This document shows positions 37,709-46,720 of a DNA stretch of 64,000 bases, one piece after another. The stretch lies in NCBI GenBank assembly GCA_016716665.1, contig JADJVH010000013.1:38824-102823 (forward strand), given 5' to 3'. Both the position numbers and the translations under genes were made by a program. The DNA comes from Candidatus Opimibacter iunctus (GTDB lineage: Bacteria > Bacteroidota > Bacteroidia > Chitinophagales > Saprospiraceae). Every line of letters starts with the position of its first letter. The first letter of the stretch is position 1. The notes under the pieces are model-generated. The model searched no databases. It saw only the letters and a program-made list of their open reading frames with translations, and was not told the DNA's origin.

Positions 37709-39028
37709 CTATTCGTCCTCATCTTCTTCATCATCGCTTTGTAATACCAGCTGGCCTTCGCCTTCACCTCCGCCTTTTCCAATCAATCGCATCGTATTGA
37801 CATTGTCTTTCCTCAACATATTGACTACACGATATATGTCTGCAGTAGTCACCTCACCAATGCGGTCAGCTTCTGTGTTGATCAGATTGGCATCCCCGAG
37901 CGATTCATAATAGCCCAGGTTAGTGGCCTTGTGTGAAGCACTCACATTGCTGAAGCATACCGTACTCTCATTCTTGATTTTCAATTTTTCGAGTATCGAA
38001 GATTGTATCTCTTCCCGCTGCAATACCGCAAGCTCATTCCAGAGGTGTGTTTCCATTTCTTCCATGGTGATCCCCTTCGCCGGCCTGGATTCAAGGATAA
38101 ACAATCCCTTATCCTCAGCCCCTGTGATGTAGGCATCCATGTGTGCACATACCTTGAGCACCTTGACCATGCGTTGGTAGAATATTGAAGATCGCCCGAG
38201 ACTCATCACATCGCTCAGGAGGTCAAATGCATAATAATCCGGACCACTACGCCCATCCATCAGCCATGCCAGGTATAAGACTGATGAAGGGTATTTGCCT
38301 TCATCAATAAGTGTTCTCGCGTCAGTCTGGATTGGCTCTTCGTTTCTCACCCTTCTGTCTATGGCTCGAGATGGTATCGAGCCGAAACGAAGTTTGACTT
38401 TCTCCAACACCTCAGTTGGATGCATCGGGCCAGCGATCGAAAGGATGGCATTGTTAGGCCCGTAAAAAGAGTTATAAAATTCCTGCACGTCTTCAAGGCG
38501 CGCCTCAGCGATATGTTCTATTTTCTTACCGATGGTCGGCCAGCGATAGGAGTGGACTTTGTAGCATAGCTCAGATAGCATATGCCAGACCATTCCATAT
38601 GGTTGATTGATGCAGGTCTCTTTGTATTCTTCGGTCACTACCTGCTGCTGTGTGCTCAGTGATTTCTGATTCACGTTGAGATACCGCATCCGGTCAGCCT
38701 CCAGCCATAGTGCTGTATCCAGGTTGATCGCCGGCAGCGTGCAGTAGAAATTAGTAATATCCGCATTGGTATACGCATTGGAATCTCCACCGGCCAGCTG
38801 GATCACGTCATCATAGGATTCCGCATGTTTGGATCCGCCAAACATCAGGTGCTCAAACAAATGGGCAAAGCCGGTTTTGTCCGGAGACTCATCCCTTGAT
38901 CCAACCTTATACAATAAATTGGTGGTGGCGAGTGGGGTATTGGTATCCTGGTGGATCAAAACGATTAAACCATTCTCCAGGACATGTTTTTCAAAATGGA
39001 CCAAATCTGCAGTTCTTGAATGAATCAC
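37709..39028 (-). CDS. M16-family (pitrilysin/insulinase) zinc peptidase
   Basis: Inverted zinc motif HLFEHLMFGGS. Acidic C-terminal tail DDEEDEDE. I place the start at GTG 39028 (VIHSRTADLVHFEKHVLENGL...). The ATG at 39097 in the ORF track lies inside the heptamer array 39050-39087, so that extension is probably not translated. Confidence 0.75.
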   Translation of the reverse strand: MIHSRTADLVHFEKHVLENGLIVLIHQDTNTPLATTNLLYKVGSRDESPDKTGFAHLFEHLMFGGSKHAESYDDVIQLAGGDSNAYTNADITNFYCTLPAINLDTALWLEADRMRYLNVNQKSLSTQQQVVTEEYKETCINQPYGMVWHMLSELCYKVHSYRWPTIGKKIEHIAEARLEDVQEFYNSFYGPNNAILSIAGPMHPTEVLEKVKLRFGSIPSRAIDRRVRNEEPIQTDARTLIDEGKYPSSVLYLAWLMDGRSGPDYYAFDLLSDVMSLGRSSIFYQRMVKVLKVCAHMDAYITGAEDKGLFILESRPAKGITMEEMETHLWNELAVLQREEIQSSILEKLKIKNESTVCFSNVSASHKATNLGYYESLGDANLINTEADRIGEVTTADIYRVVNMLRKDNVNTMRLIGKGGGEGEGQLVLQSDDEEDEDE

Positions 39029-39042
39029 AAATTTACAGCAAA

Positions 39043-39087
39043 AAGTCGGCAGTGGCCAGTCACCAGTCGCCAGTTGGCAGTCTCCAG
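39043..39087. repeat. Tandem heptamer array, 5-6 copies, consensus CAGTNNC
   Basis: (aagtcgg) cagtggc cagtcac cagtcgc cagttgg cagtctc cag. Confidence 0.85.
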
Positions 39088-39105
39088 GGGTCCCCATCCT
39101 GATCG

Positions 39106-39125
39106 TTCAAGTCTCCTGACTTGAA
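39106..39125. repeat. C-TCCT-G loop hairpin, copy F1 (perfect 8-bp stem)
   Basis: ttcaagtc tcct gacttgaa. The left flank gatcgttca is shared with the copy at 62854. Confidence 0.85.
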
Positions 39126-39136
39126 TGCCATATGTT

Positions 39137-39154
39137 TTGCGTCTCCTGACGCGA
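39137..39154. repeat. C-TCCT-G loop hairpin, copy F2
   Basis: ttgcgtc tcct gacgcga (7 bp including one G:U-type pair). Confidence 0.75.
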
Positions 39155-39167
39155 GAGCAGGAATCTC

Positions 39168-39212
39168 CCCTCTGCTGCCCTATGCTCTCTGCCCTATGCT
39201 CTCTGCTCACCG
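39168..39212. repeat. Tandem heptamer array, about 6 copies of the CYCTMTG family
   Basis: ccctctg (ctg) ccctatg ctctctg ccctatg ctctctg ctcaccg. Confidence 0.9.
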
Positions 39213-39213
39213 C

Positions 39214-39275
39214 CTCTTCAGCCCTTCGGCCTCTTTAGCCTCTTTGGCCTTTTCAGCCTCTTCAGCCTTTCTTAT
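39214..39275. repeat. Tandem 9-mer array, about 7 copies, consensus CTCTTYAGC (reverse complement of the GCTGAAGAG family at 8706-8750)
   Basis: ctcttcagc ccttcggc ctctttagc ctctttggc cttttcagc ctcttcagc ctttcttat. Confidence 0.9.
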
Positions 39276-39287
39276 TACTTTTACCCC

Positions 39288-41354
39288 ATGCACAATGGCA
39301 ATAGCAAGCCCGGCCTGAGATTTGACTGGTCAGCTCCAGGTGAAAAGCCATCCAGGCCCACCGCCCTGGCTGGCTACGTCTCTGGTTTACCTCCTTTTCT
39401 CCGCGGCCCATATTCCACGATGTACCTCGTCAGGCCATGGACGATCAGGCAGTATGCAGGGTTCTCTACCGCAGAAGAAAGCAACGCTTTTTATCGCCGA
39501 AACCTTGCCGCGGGCCAGAAAGGGCTCTCTGTGGCCTTTGACCTCCCCACGCATCGAGGTTACGACTCGGATCACCCTCGTGTCAAAGGGGATGTCGGCA
39601 AAGCCGGTGTCGCTATCGATACTGTAGAGGATATGAAGATTCTCTTCGACCAGATACCCCTGGATCAGATGTCCGTCTCTATGACGATGAACGATGCAGT
39701 GATTCCCATCATGGCTTTTTTTATTGTCACGGCTCAAGAACAAGGTGTTGAGCCGTCTGCCTTGACCGGGACGATTCAAAATGATATCCTCAAGGAATTT
39801 ATGGTGAGGAATACATACATCTATCCTCCCAAGCCTTCCATGCGCATCGTAGGCGATATTTTTTCTTACCTCGGTGCTTTTATGCCAAAGTTCAACTCGA
39901 TCAGCATCTCAGGTTATCACATGCACGAAGCAGGCGCAACCGCTGATCTCGAACTCGCCTACACCCTTGCTGACGGAGGGGAATATCTCCGCACCGGTAT
40001 TGCTGCAGGCCTGGATATCGATGACTTCGCCCCACGCCTTTCATTCTTTTGGGGTATCGGTATGGATCACCTGACCGAAGTCGCCAAAATGCGCGCAGCC
40101 AGGGTCATCTGGTCCGAAATTGTGAAGGGCTTTGGAGCAAAGGATCCTAAGTCACTTGCCCTCCGGACACATTGCCAGACGAGCGGATGGAGCCTCACAG
40201 CACAAGAACCATATAACAATGTAGGTCGCACTACAATCGAAGCTATATCTGCAGTGATCGGAGGTACCCAATCCCTGCATACCAATGCCCTGGATGAAGC
40301 TATGGCATTGCCAACGGATCAGACAGCAGCGATAGCACGTGAGACACAGCTCTTTCTCCAATCCGATGCAGGCCTGTGCAAGATAGTGGATGCTTATGGT
40401 GGATCCGCATTTGTAGAGTCCCTGACCGACGAACTCATACACAAGGCCTGGAAACATATCCAGGAGGTTGAAGACATGGGCGGAATGGCAAAGGCTATGG
40501 AATCCAGCCTGCCTAAGATGCGCATTGAAGAAGCCGCTGCCCGACGCCAGGCGAGGATCGATTCGGGAAAGGACAAAATCGTTGGGGTCAATATTTTTAT
40601 TCCTGAGGTTGAGACGCCGTTAAACTTGCTTGAGGTTGACAATACCGCGGTCACCCATGCACAACTGACCCGATTGCGTGAAGTAAAACAAAGCAGGAAT
40701 GCGACACTGGTAGCGGAAGCTTTGCAAAAGCTAACAGACATCGCCAGTTCAGGCGATGGAAATTTATTGGCTGCCGCAGTCGAAGCAGCAAGATATAGGG
40801 CTACCTTAGGGGAGATCAGTGATGCCATGGAAGTTGCCTTTGGCAGGTACAAGGCATCACCGGTGATGATCTCCGGCGTGTATGCTAAAGAAATCAGCAT
40901 GAATGAATCCTTTCAAAAGGCAAGGGCAATGGCCGATGACTTCGCCCGCAAGGCAGGCCGCAGGCCCAGGATCATGGTTGCCAAGCTCGGCCAGGATGGC
41001 CATGACCGCGGTGCCAAGGTGATCGCCACCAGTTTCGCAGACCTTGGTTGGGATGTCGACATCGGCCCCTTATTCCAGACCCCGCAGGAAGCCGCTATGC
41101 AGGCCGCCGAAAATGATGTACATATCCTTGGTATCTCCTCTCTCGCAGCAGGCCATAAAATTTTAGTACCCGATACTATCAATGCCCTGCAGACTCTCGG
41201 CCGCAAGGACATCGGCGTCGTGGTAGGCGGCATCATCCCTGAGCACGATCACGAATTGCTATATCAACAGGGCGTGATGGCCATCTTCGGTCCCGGTACC
41301 ATCATCGCTGATGCTGCCATCAAGTTGATTGAAGCTTTGTCACTGCGAGTGTAA
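39288..41354 (+). CDS. Methylmalonyl-CoA mutase (large catalytic chain with a fused B12-binding domain)
   Basis: [63 protein letters not shown] is typical of MCM. The C-terminal domain carries the DxHxxG-type B12 motif ([11 protein letters not shown]). Confidence 0.9.
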   Translation: MHNGNSKPGLRFDWSAPGEKPSRPTALAGYVSGLPPFLRGPYSTMYLVRPWTIRQYAGFSTAEESNAFYRRNLAAGQKGLSVAFDLPTHRGYDSDHPRVKGDVGKAGVAIDTVEDMKILFDQIPLDQMSVSMTMNDAVIPIMAFFIVTAQEQGVEPSALTGTIQNDILKEFMVRNTYIYPPKPSMRIVGDIFSYLGAFMPKFNSISISGYHMHEAGATADLELAYTLADGGEYLRTGIAAGLDIDDFAPRLSFFWGIGMDHLTEVAKMRAARVIWSEIVKGFGAKDPKSLALRTHCQTSGWSLTAQEPYNNVGRTTIEAISAVIGGTQSLHTNALDEAMALPTDQTAAIARETQLFLQSDAGLCKIVDAYGGSAFVESLTDELIHKAWKHIQEVEDMGGMAKAMESSLPKMRIEEAAARRQARIDSGKDKIVGVNIFIPEVETPLNLLEVDNTAVTHAQLTRLREVKQSRNATLVAEALQKLTDIASSGDGNLLAAAVEAARYRATLGEISDAMEVAFGRYKASPVMISGVYAKEISMNESFQKARAMADDFARKAGRRPRIMVAKLGQDGHDRGAKVIATSFADLGWDVDIGPLFQTPQEAAMQAAENDVHILGISSLAAGHKILVPDTINALQTLGRKDIGVVVGGIIPEHDHELLYQQGVMAIFGPGTIIADAAIKLIEALSLRV

Positions 41355-41481
41355 CTCTTTTGCACAGATATCATGTATGCTTCGTGCTCTCCGTGTGAAG
41401 TCTCCGTGCCCTCTCCCGCCGCTTTGCTAGAGCAATGGCGGGATCAACGCTACGCTCCGACGTGCGAAACTTTGTCATAAT

Positions 41482-42642
41482 TCATGTAGCGCTTTCATCT
41501 TCATAAAACAAATCCGCAGCAATCCCATCCGCAAAAAACAAATACTCCGGCTTCAGCACCCAATTGCCAAGCTCATTTTTAACCACTTGTCCGTTGTTTA
41601 CATGCTCGATGACATTCGCTTCCAGATACTCCAAATATTCTTCTCCTAATGCATGCACCCTTTGCATATCAATGCCTCTCGAGGTACGCAGACCTGTCAT
41701 CACGAGTTCATTATAGCGTTGTGCTTCGGTAAGCTCCTCCCGTTCAGAAGGGATCACGCCGTCAGCAATGGATTGGATATACCTGACATTGTTTGCCACA
41801 TTCCATTGCCTTGATATGCCATTAAAGCTATGCGAAGAGGGACCTATACCCAGGTAATGCGCTCCTGACCAGTAACTCCTGTTGTGCCTCGATTCAAATC
41901 CTTCTTTCGCAAAATTGCTCACTTCATATTGCAGGAAACCATTTGCGGCAAGCATCTCCTGCAGTATCGCGTATTGCCTGTTCGCTTGATCATCATCAGG
42001 AGAAGTTGATTTCCCTTTTTCAATCTGGTGAAAGAGTGCAGTACCTGACTCCACAGTCAGCGCATAGCTGGAGATGTGCGGGATTCCCGAATCAATAAGT
42101 CTTTGAATATTCAGGATCCAATCCTCATCACTCAATCCGGGTCCTCCATAGATCAGGTCAGCCGTGATGTTATCAAATCCTGCCTCCTGTGCCAACCCAA
42201 TGGCCTTCAATGCTTGCCCGGCATCATGACTTCTGTTCCACGCTGTCAGCAATGTATCCTGGAAGGCTTGTATCCCTATGCTCAACCTGTTGATTCCATC
42301 TGCTTTCCACCAAGCCAGGTTGTCCGCAATGATGTCATCCGGATTAGCCTCCAGAGTGATTTCAGGTGCATGGGATACAGGGTATAATCTCCTGATGGAG
42401 TCGAGTAACAAGCGTATGTCTTCAACCGGCAGGGCAGAGGGGGTGCCTCCTCCAAAATATATGGTTTCAATCTCCTGCCCTTCAAGATACCCTGTCTGCA
42501 TTTCCAACTCCCTCACCATAGCCTGGATCATCCCCTCCTTTGTCTTGAATGAAGTGGAGAAATGAAAATTGCAGTAGTAACATGCCTTCCTGCAAAATGG
42601 AATATGGATGTAGATGCCCGCCATCCCTGCAAACATAGGCAT
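41482..42642 (-). CDS. hemW: Radical SAM heme chaperone HemW / oxygen-independent coproporphyrinogen-III oxidase-like protein
   Basis: IYIHIPFCRKACYYCNFHF CxxxCxxC radical-SAM motif. 386 aa. HemN_C-like tail. Confidence 0.8.
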   Translation of the reverse strand: MPMFAGMAGIYIHIPFCRKACYYCNFHFSTSFKTKEGMIQAMVRELEMQTGYLEGQEIETIYFGGGTPSALPVEDIRLLLDSIRRLYPVSHAPEITLEANPDDIIADNLAWWKADGINRLSIGIQAFQDTLLTAWNRSHDAGQALKAIGLAQEAGFDNITADLIYGGPGLSDEDWILNIQRLIDSGIPHISSYALTVESGTALFHQIEKGKSTSPDDDQANRQYAILQEMLAANGFLQYEVSNFAKEGFESRHNRSYWSGAHYLGIGPSSHSFNGISRQWNVANNVRYIQSIADGVIPSEREELTEAQRYNELVMTGLRTSRGIDMQRVHALGEEYLEYLEANVIEHVNNGQVVKNELGNWVLKPEYLFFADGIAADLFYEDESAT

Positions 42643-42673
42643 TAACCCCCTTTATGTCTCGGAGGGTTCAGGC

Positions 42674-42701
42674 GTAGGGGTTCAATATTTTGAACCCCTA
42701 C
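42674..42701. other. Perfect 12-bp-stem palindrome (gtaggggttcaa tatt ttgaacccctac)
   Basis: Read directly from the sequence. It lies in the divergent hemW / M36 intergenic region. Confidence 0.85.
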
Positions 42702-42714
42702 TGGTCAATATGCC

Positions 42715-42742
42715 CCTTGCTCCATGCCCCTTGCTCCTTGCC
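42715..42742. repeat. Heptamer array, 4 copies of the CCTTGCT family
   Basis: ccttgct ccatgcc ccttgct ccttgcc. Confidence 0.85.
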
Positions 42743-42750
42743 CGCCGCCT

Positions 42751-42782
42751 CTCACTGTCTCACTGTCTTACTGTCTTACACC
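42751..42782. repeat. Tandem 8-mer array, 4 copies (ctcactgt ctcactgt cttactgt cttacacc)
   Basis: Same family and same order of variants as at 27971-28002 and 33174-33205. Confidence 0.9.
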
Positions 42783-42887
42783 CGTCTCTATTGATAAAAC
42801 TGTTTCCCAGTCCCCGAAAAGTCAGTATTTTCGGCGTCTCCATTTAACACAAGACCTATTTCGATTTATTACTGATCTAACTCACTT

Positions 42888-45800
42888 ATGTTCAACCCAT
42901 TAAGTATTCTGCGTTCAGCCACATTGGTATTGCTGATCACCACCTCCTTCTCTGCAGAGGCCCAGCGGTTCCAGGCAGGCATCAAAAACTATCTCCTCAG
43001 GGAGAAAGGTAACTGGCATCTTTCTGACCAGGACATCAGTGACTATGCCGTCTCCGATCAGTATGACAATCCTTCAACAGGAATCACCTACACCTATCTC
43101 AACCAACGGGTGTCAGGGATAGAGATCTTCAATGCGGTGAGTACGATGATCATCCGCGATGGTAAAGTGGTGTACTATGCCAATCGCTTCCAACCGGACG
43201 CTGCAAAGAAGGCAAACGCAATCACTCCTGCCATTACAGCCGAACAAGCCATTGAGGCCGCATCAGCTCATCTGGGCCTTTCGTTAGTGCAGCAACCAAC
43301 TTTGTTGGAAACCGAAACAAATCGTTTACGCACTACCTATACCAAGGCTGGTATTTCCAAAGAAGATATCATTGTGCAACTCGTTTTGGTATCAGCGCCT
43401 GAAGCGTTAAGGCTGGCATGGAATGTTATTCTTGCCCCAACAGGCACTGCCGATTGGTGGAATATCCGCATCGATGCACTCAACGGACAATTTATTGAAA
43501 AGAACAACTGGACGACCTATTGCAGTTTTGGAATAGGCCACGCACATGATCACTCAGGTGACATTGTAGATCAGGCTGTGAAAACCAATGTGGAAGCCAA
43601 CCAGGTGCTATCAGGTAATGGAACCTACAATGTCTTTCCCCTTCCTGTGGAAGCACCTTCATTTGGAGACAGGTTGTTTTTGAACGATCCGAGGAACATT
43701 TTAGCCTCTCCTTATGGATGGCATGACACCGATGGGTTTGAAGGTCCTGAATTTACCATCACTCGCGGCAACAATGTCTATGCATATGAGGATCTGCTGA
43801 GTTTTGATTCTCCCGGTTATTCCCCGGATGGAGGGCCACAATTAAATTTTGATTTTCCGCTTGACCTATATCGCCCCACGATTCAAAACCAGGATGCTGC
43901 CCTGACCAATTTGTTTTATACAAACAACATGTTGCATGATATCCTGTACGCTCATGGATTTGATGAAGCCTCCGGCAATTTCCAGCAGACCAATTATTCC
44001 CCTGATGGTTTCGGAGAAGATTTTGTGGTTGCTGAAGGACAGGATGGCGGAGGAATCAATAATGCAAATTTTTCCACACCAGACGATGGACTCAATGGCA
44101 GGATGCAAATGTATATGTGGGGTATTGATGTCAAGGGATACCTCGAGGTGCACGGACCAGATAGTATAGCTGGACATTATGATGCTTTGCCGGCTACCTT
44201 CGGTCCATCACTGGATATCCCAGTTACAGGATTTGCAGCTATACTGAAAGATGCTGTTGACCCTTTTGGCAATGCCTGTGATTCCATAGTCAATGCAGCC
44301 GAACTCGTCGGCAAAATTGCTATTATCGATCGTGGGAATTGCCCTTATATTAAAAAAGTCAACGCAGCTGAAGCTGCCGGAGCCATAGGTGTAATCGTAG
44401 TCAGTAATAGCTCTGCTCCGGTCGTGATGGGCGGGGGCACTTCCGGTATTCCGGCTATGATGATTTCACAGGTGGATGGAGAGAGCCTAAAGAGTCAGCT
44501 CAATGCAGGAGAGAACGTCGAAGTGACGCTTCTTCGTGGCCCATCAGACCGCGATGGATCAGTCGACAACGGCATCATAGTGCATGAGTATGCACATGGT
44601 CTTTCCAACCGCCTGACAGGAGGTCCATTGAGATCAAACTGCCTGTACAATGCAGAGCAGGGTGGGGAAGGCTGGAGCGATTCGCTTGCATTGCTCCTGA
44701 CGATAGAGCCAGGCGATAAGGGTACTGATGCGCGTGGCATGGGCACTTATGCGGCCAACAACGATAGTGATGAAGGCTTGCGTCGTTATCCATATTCGAC
44801 CGACATGGGGATCAATCCGCAGACATATGGCGATGTCGCCGGTAATCAGGAAGTACATGCTACCGGTGAAATCTGGTGCATGGCCCTTTGGGAGATGACA
44901 TGGAAGTTGATTGATGCAGAAGGATTTGATCCGGACTGGTACAATGGCACAGGAGGAAATAATACAGCACTGCGTCTGGTCATCGAAGGAATGAAATGGC
45001 AACCCTGTAGTCCCGGATATGAAGATGCGCGCAATGCCATTCTCCACGCAGATACTGTGCTTTATCAAGGCGCTCATCGTTGCATGATCTGGGAAGCATT
45101 TGCTAAGCGGGGATTGGGAGCTTATGCTGATCAAGGCGAGTCAACCAGTACATTTGACCAGACCGAAGATTTTGAAATACCCAATACTTGTAAGACCGCA
45201 ACACTGGCACCTACGGCCTATTTTGCTGTGGATAACACAGTGGACTGTAACGGTCATTTTATTTTCAGAGACAAGTCTTTAGATGTCCCACAGTATTTCC
45301 ATTGGGATTTTGGGGATGGCAATACGAGTCAGCAAGAAAGGCCAAAGCATAGCTATGCTGTTCCTGGCGAATACACTGTAACCTTAATCGTGAGTAACTC
45401 CATAGGGGCCGATACCATTCAGCAGAATGTTGTTTATGGAACTCCTGAGACGCCTCTCGTATCCGGAAACACTGCAGTATGCGAAGGTGGCTATACTACA
45501 TTGAATGCCGATGTCATCCAATATAACACAGCGGTGTGGAGCATAGGTGATTCTGTCGTCTGGACTGGTACCACGTATAAGACACCCCCACTTACCACAT
45601 CTGAGACCTATTCAGTCGCTCAATCAACAGCTAAATCACCTCTCCATGTAGGTCCTACAGGCAATGCCTTCTGGACAGGTGACATCCATAATACCGGTTT
45701 TGAAGGCAAGTTGTTCTTCGAAACAAAAGTGCCGTTAAGGCTTGTTTCCGTATTGGTTTATGCCCAGGGCGCAAGTGATCGGATCATTCGCTTGTATGAT

Positions 45801-46604
45801 GATAATGGCAATGTAATTGATTCAGTTTCGGTCTACCTGATTTCAGGGGACAACAGGGTACTACTCAATATGGAAATTCCAGTGCCAGGGGAATATAGTC
45901 TGGCCAACCCTAGCCAAAATCTCTATCGCAATGATGGTGGAGCAAATTATCCATACAAGATTGACAACCTGATATCCATCACCGGTTCTAATGCAAGTGG
46001 CGAGGAGCAGCGCTATTATTACTATTTCTACGACTGGGTGGTCAAGGAAACACCTTGCCTGAGCCCTCCGGTTGATGTAGTCGTCAACGTAGAGCCGGGT
46101 CCTTTGGCAGCTTTCTTTGCAGAGTCATTTGACCTGACTACTGATTTTACGGACCTTTCCACAGGGACACCAACTTCATGGATATGGAATTTTGGAGATG
46201 GCTCTCCGGTTTCCAATGAGCAAAACCCGACACATGCTTATCTTCAGGAGGGCACCTATCAGGTTGAACTCACCGTCTCCAATGGGAACTGCTCGAGCAC
46301 TTACATCCAGCCAGTCTATATCTCTAATACTACTGGTACCAGAGATATCAACCAGGCCTATGCGTTGAAGTTGTATCCTAACCCAGCCACCGACGAAGTA
46401 ACCATTGATTTTGATCAGGCATATACAGGCAAGATCCAGCTCAATATCACTGATGCCACCGGCAGCCTGGTGATCTCCAGATCTCTGGAGAGTGCTGGCG
46501 CACGTTATGTCGTAAATACAACAGCACTCCCTTCAGGCACCTATCAGTTTCAATTCATTGGTGAGCTAGGCGTATCTGTAAGAAGGATCTCCATCTTAAG
46601 ATAA
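42888..46604 (+). CDS. Secreted M36 (fungalysin-like) metalloprotease with FTP propeptide, PA domain insert, PKD domains and a T9SS C-terminal sorting domain
   Basis: 1238 aa with a signal peptide. HEYAHGLSNRL is the HExxH motif. The PA-like insert is GKIAIIDRGNCPYIKKVNAAEAAGAIGVIVV. PKD signatures are WDFGDGNTSQQERPKHSYAVPGEYTVTLIV and WNFGDGSPVSNEQNPTHAY. The C-terminal LKLYPNPATDEVTIDF... is a Por secretion tail. Confidence 0.85.
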   Translation: MFNPLSILRSATLVLLITTSFSAEAQRFQAGIKNYLLREKGNWHLSDQDISDYAVSDQYDNPSTGITYTYLNQRVSGIEIFNAVSTMIIRDGKVVYYANRFQPDAAKKANAITPAITAEQAIEAASAHLGLSLVQQPTLLETETNRLRTTYTKAGISKEDIIVQLVLVSAPEALRLAWNVILAPTGTADWWNIRIDALNGQFIEKNNWTTYCSFGIGHAHDHSGDIVDQAVKTNVEANQVLSGNGTYNVFPLPVEAPSFGDRLFLNDPRNILASPYGWHDTDGFEGPEFTITRGNNVYAYEDLLSFDSPGYSPDGGPQLNFDFPLDLYRPTIQNQDAALTNLFYTNNMLHDILYAHGFDEASGNFQQTNYSPDGFGEDFVVAEGQDGGGINNANFSTPDDGLNGRMQMYMWGIDVKGYLEVHGPDSIAGHYDALPATFGPSLDIPVTGFAAILKDAVDPFGNACDSIVNAAELVGKIAIIDRGNCPYIKKVNAAEAAGAIGVIVVSNSSAPVVMGGGTSGIPAMMISQVDGESLKSQLNAGENVEVTLLRGPSDRDGSVDNGIIVHEYAHGLSNRLTGGPLRSNCLYNAEQGGEGWSDSLALLLTIEPGDKGTDARGMGTYAANNDSDEGLRRYPYSTDMGINPQTYGDVAGNQEVHATGEIWCMALWEMTWKLIDAEGFDPDWYNGTGGNNTALRLVIEGMKWQPCSPGYEDARNAILHADTVLYQGAHRCMIWEAFAKRGLGAYADQGESTSTFDQTEDFEIPNTCKTATLAPTAYFAVDNTVDCNGHFIFRDKSLDVPQYFHWDFGDGNTSQQERPKHSYAVPGEYTVTLIVSNSIGADTIQQNVVYGTPETPLVSGNTAVCEGGYTTLNADVIQYNTAVWSIGDSVVWTGTTYKTPPLTTSETYSVAQSTAKSPLHVGPTGNAFWTGDIHNTGFEGKLFFETKVPLRLVSVLVYAQGASDRIIRLYDDNGNVIDSVSVYLISGDNRVLLNMEIPVPGEYSLANPSQNLYRNDGGANYPYKIDNLISITGSNASGEEQRYYYYFYDWVVKETPCLSPPVDVVVNVEPGPLAAFFAESFDLTTDFTDLSTGTPTSWIWNFGDGSPVSNEQNPTHAYLQEGTYQVELTVSNGNCSSTYIQPVYISNTTGTRDINQAYALKLYPNPATDEVTIDFDQAYTGKIQLNITDATGSLVISRSLESAGARYVVNTTALPSGTYQFQFIGELGVSVRRISILR

Positions 46605-46609
46605 AAATC

Positions 46610-46659
46610 AGCGTGCGATTATTGTTCCACACAGGGCAATAATCGCACGCTATTTTTTA
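46610..46659 (+). terminator. Rho-independent terminator (15-bp perfect stem)
   Basis: agcgtgcgattattg - 12-nt loop - caataatcgcacgct followed by atttttta. Confidence 0.85.
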
Positions 46660-46682
46660 TCCCATGACCTTTGCCTCCTAAG

Positions 46683-46720
46683 CCCATAAACCTATCAACC
46701 CATAAACTCATCAACCTCAA
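46683..46720. repeat. Tandem 16-mer, about 2.4 copies (cccataaacctatcaa cccataaactcatcaa cctcaa); overlaps the stop codon of the GH30 gene
   Basis: The TGA (tca at 46717-46719) of the minus-strand gene lies in the partial third copy. Confidence 0.85.

Noticed and set aside
39029-39097. N-terminal extension of the M16 peptidase to the ATG at 39097 (MGTPGDCQLATGDWPLPTFCCKF...)
   Set aside because: The extension is encoded by the CAGTNNC heptamer array and is unlike any M16 N-terminus. A GTG at 39028 gives a conventional start just before the conserved ...LENGL... region. The exact start remains uncertain.
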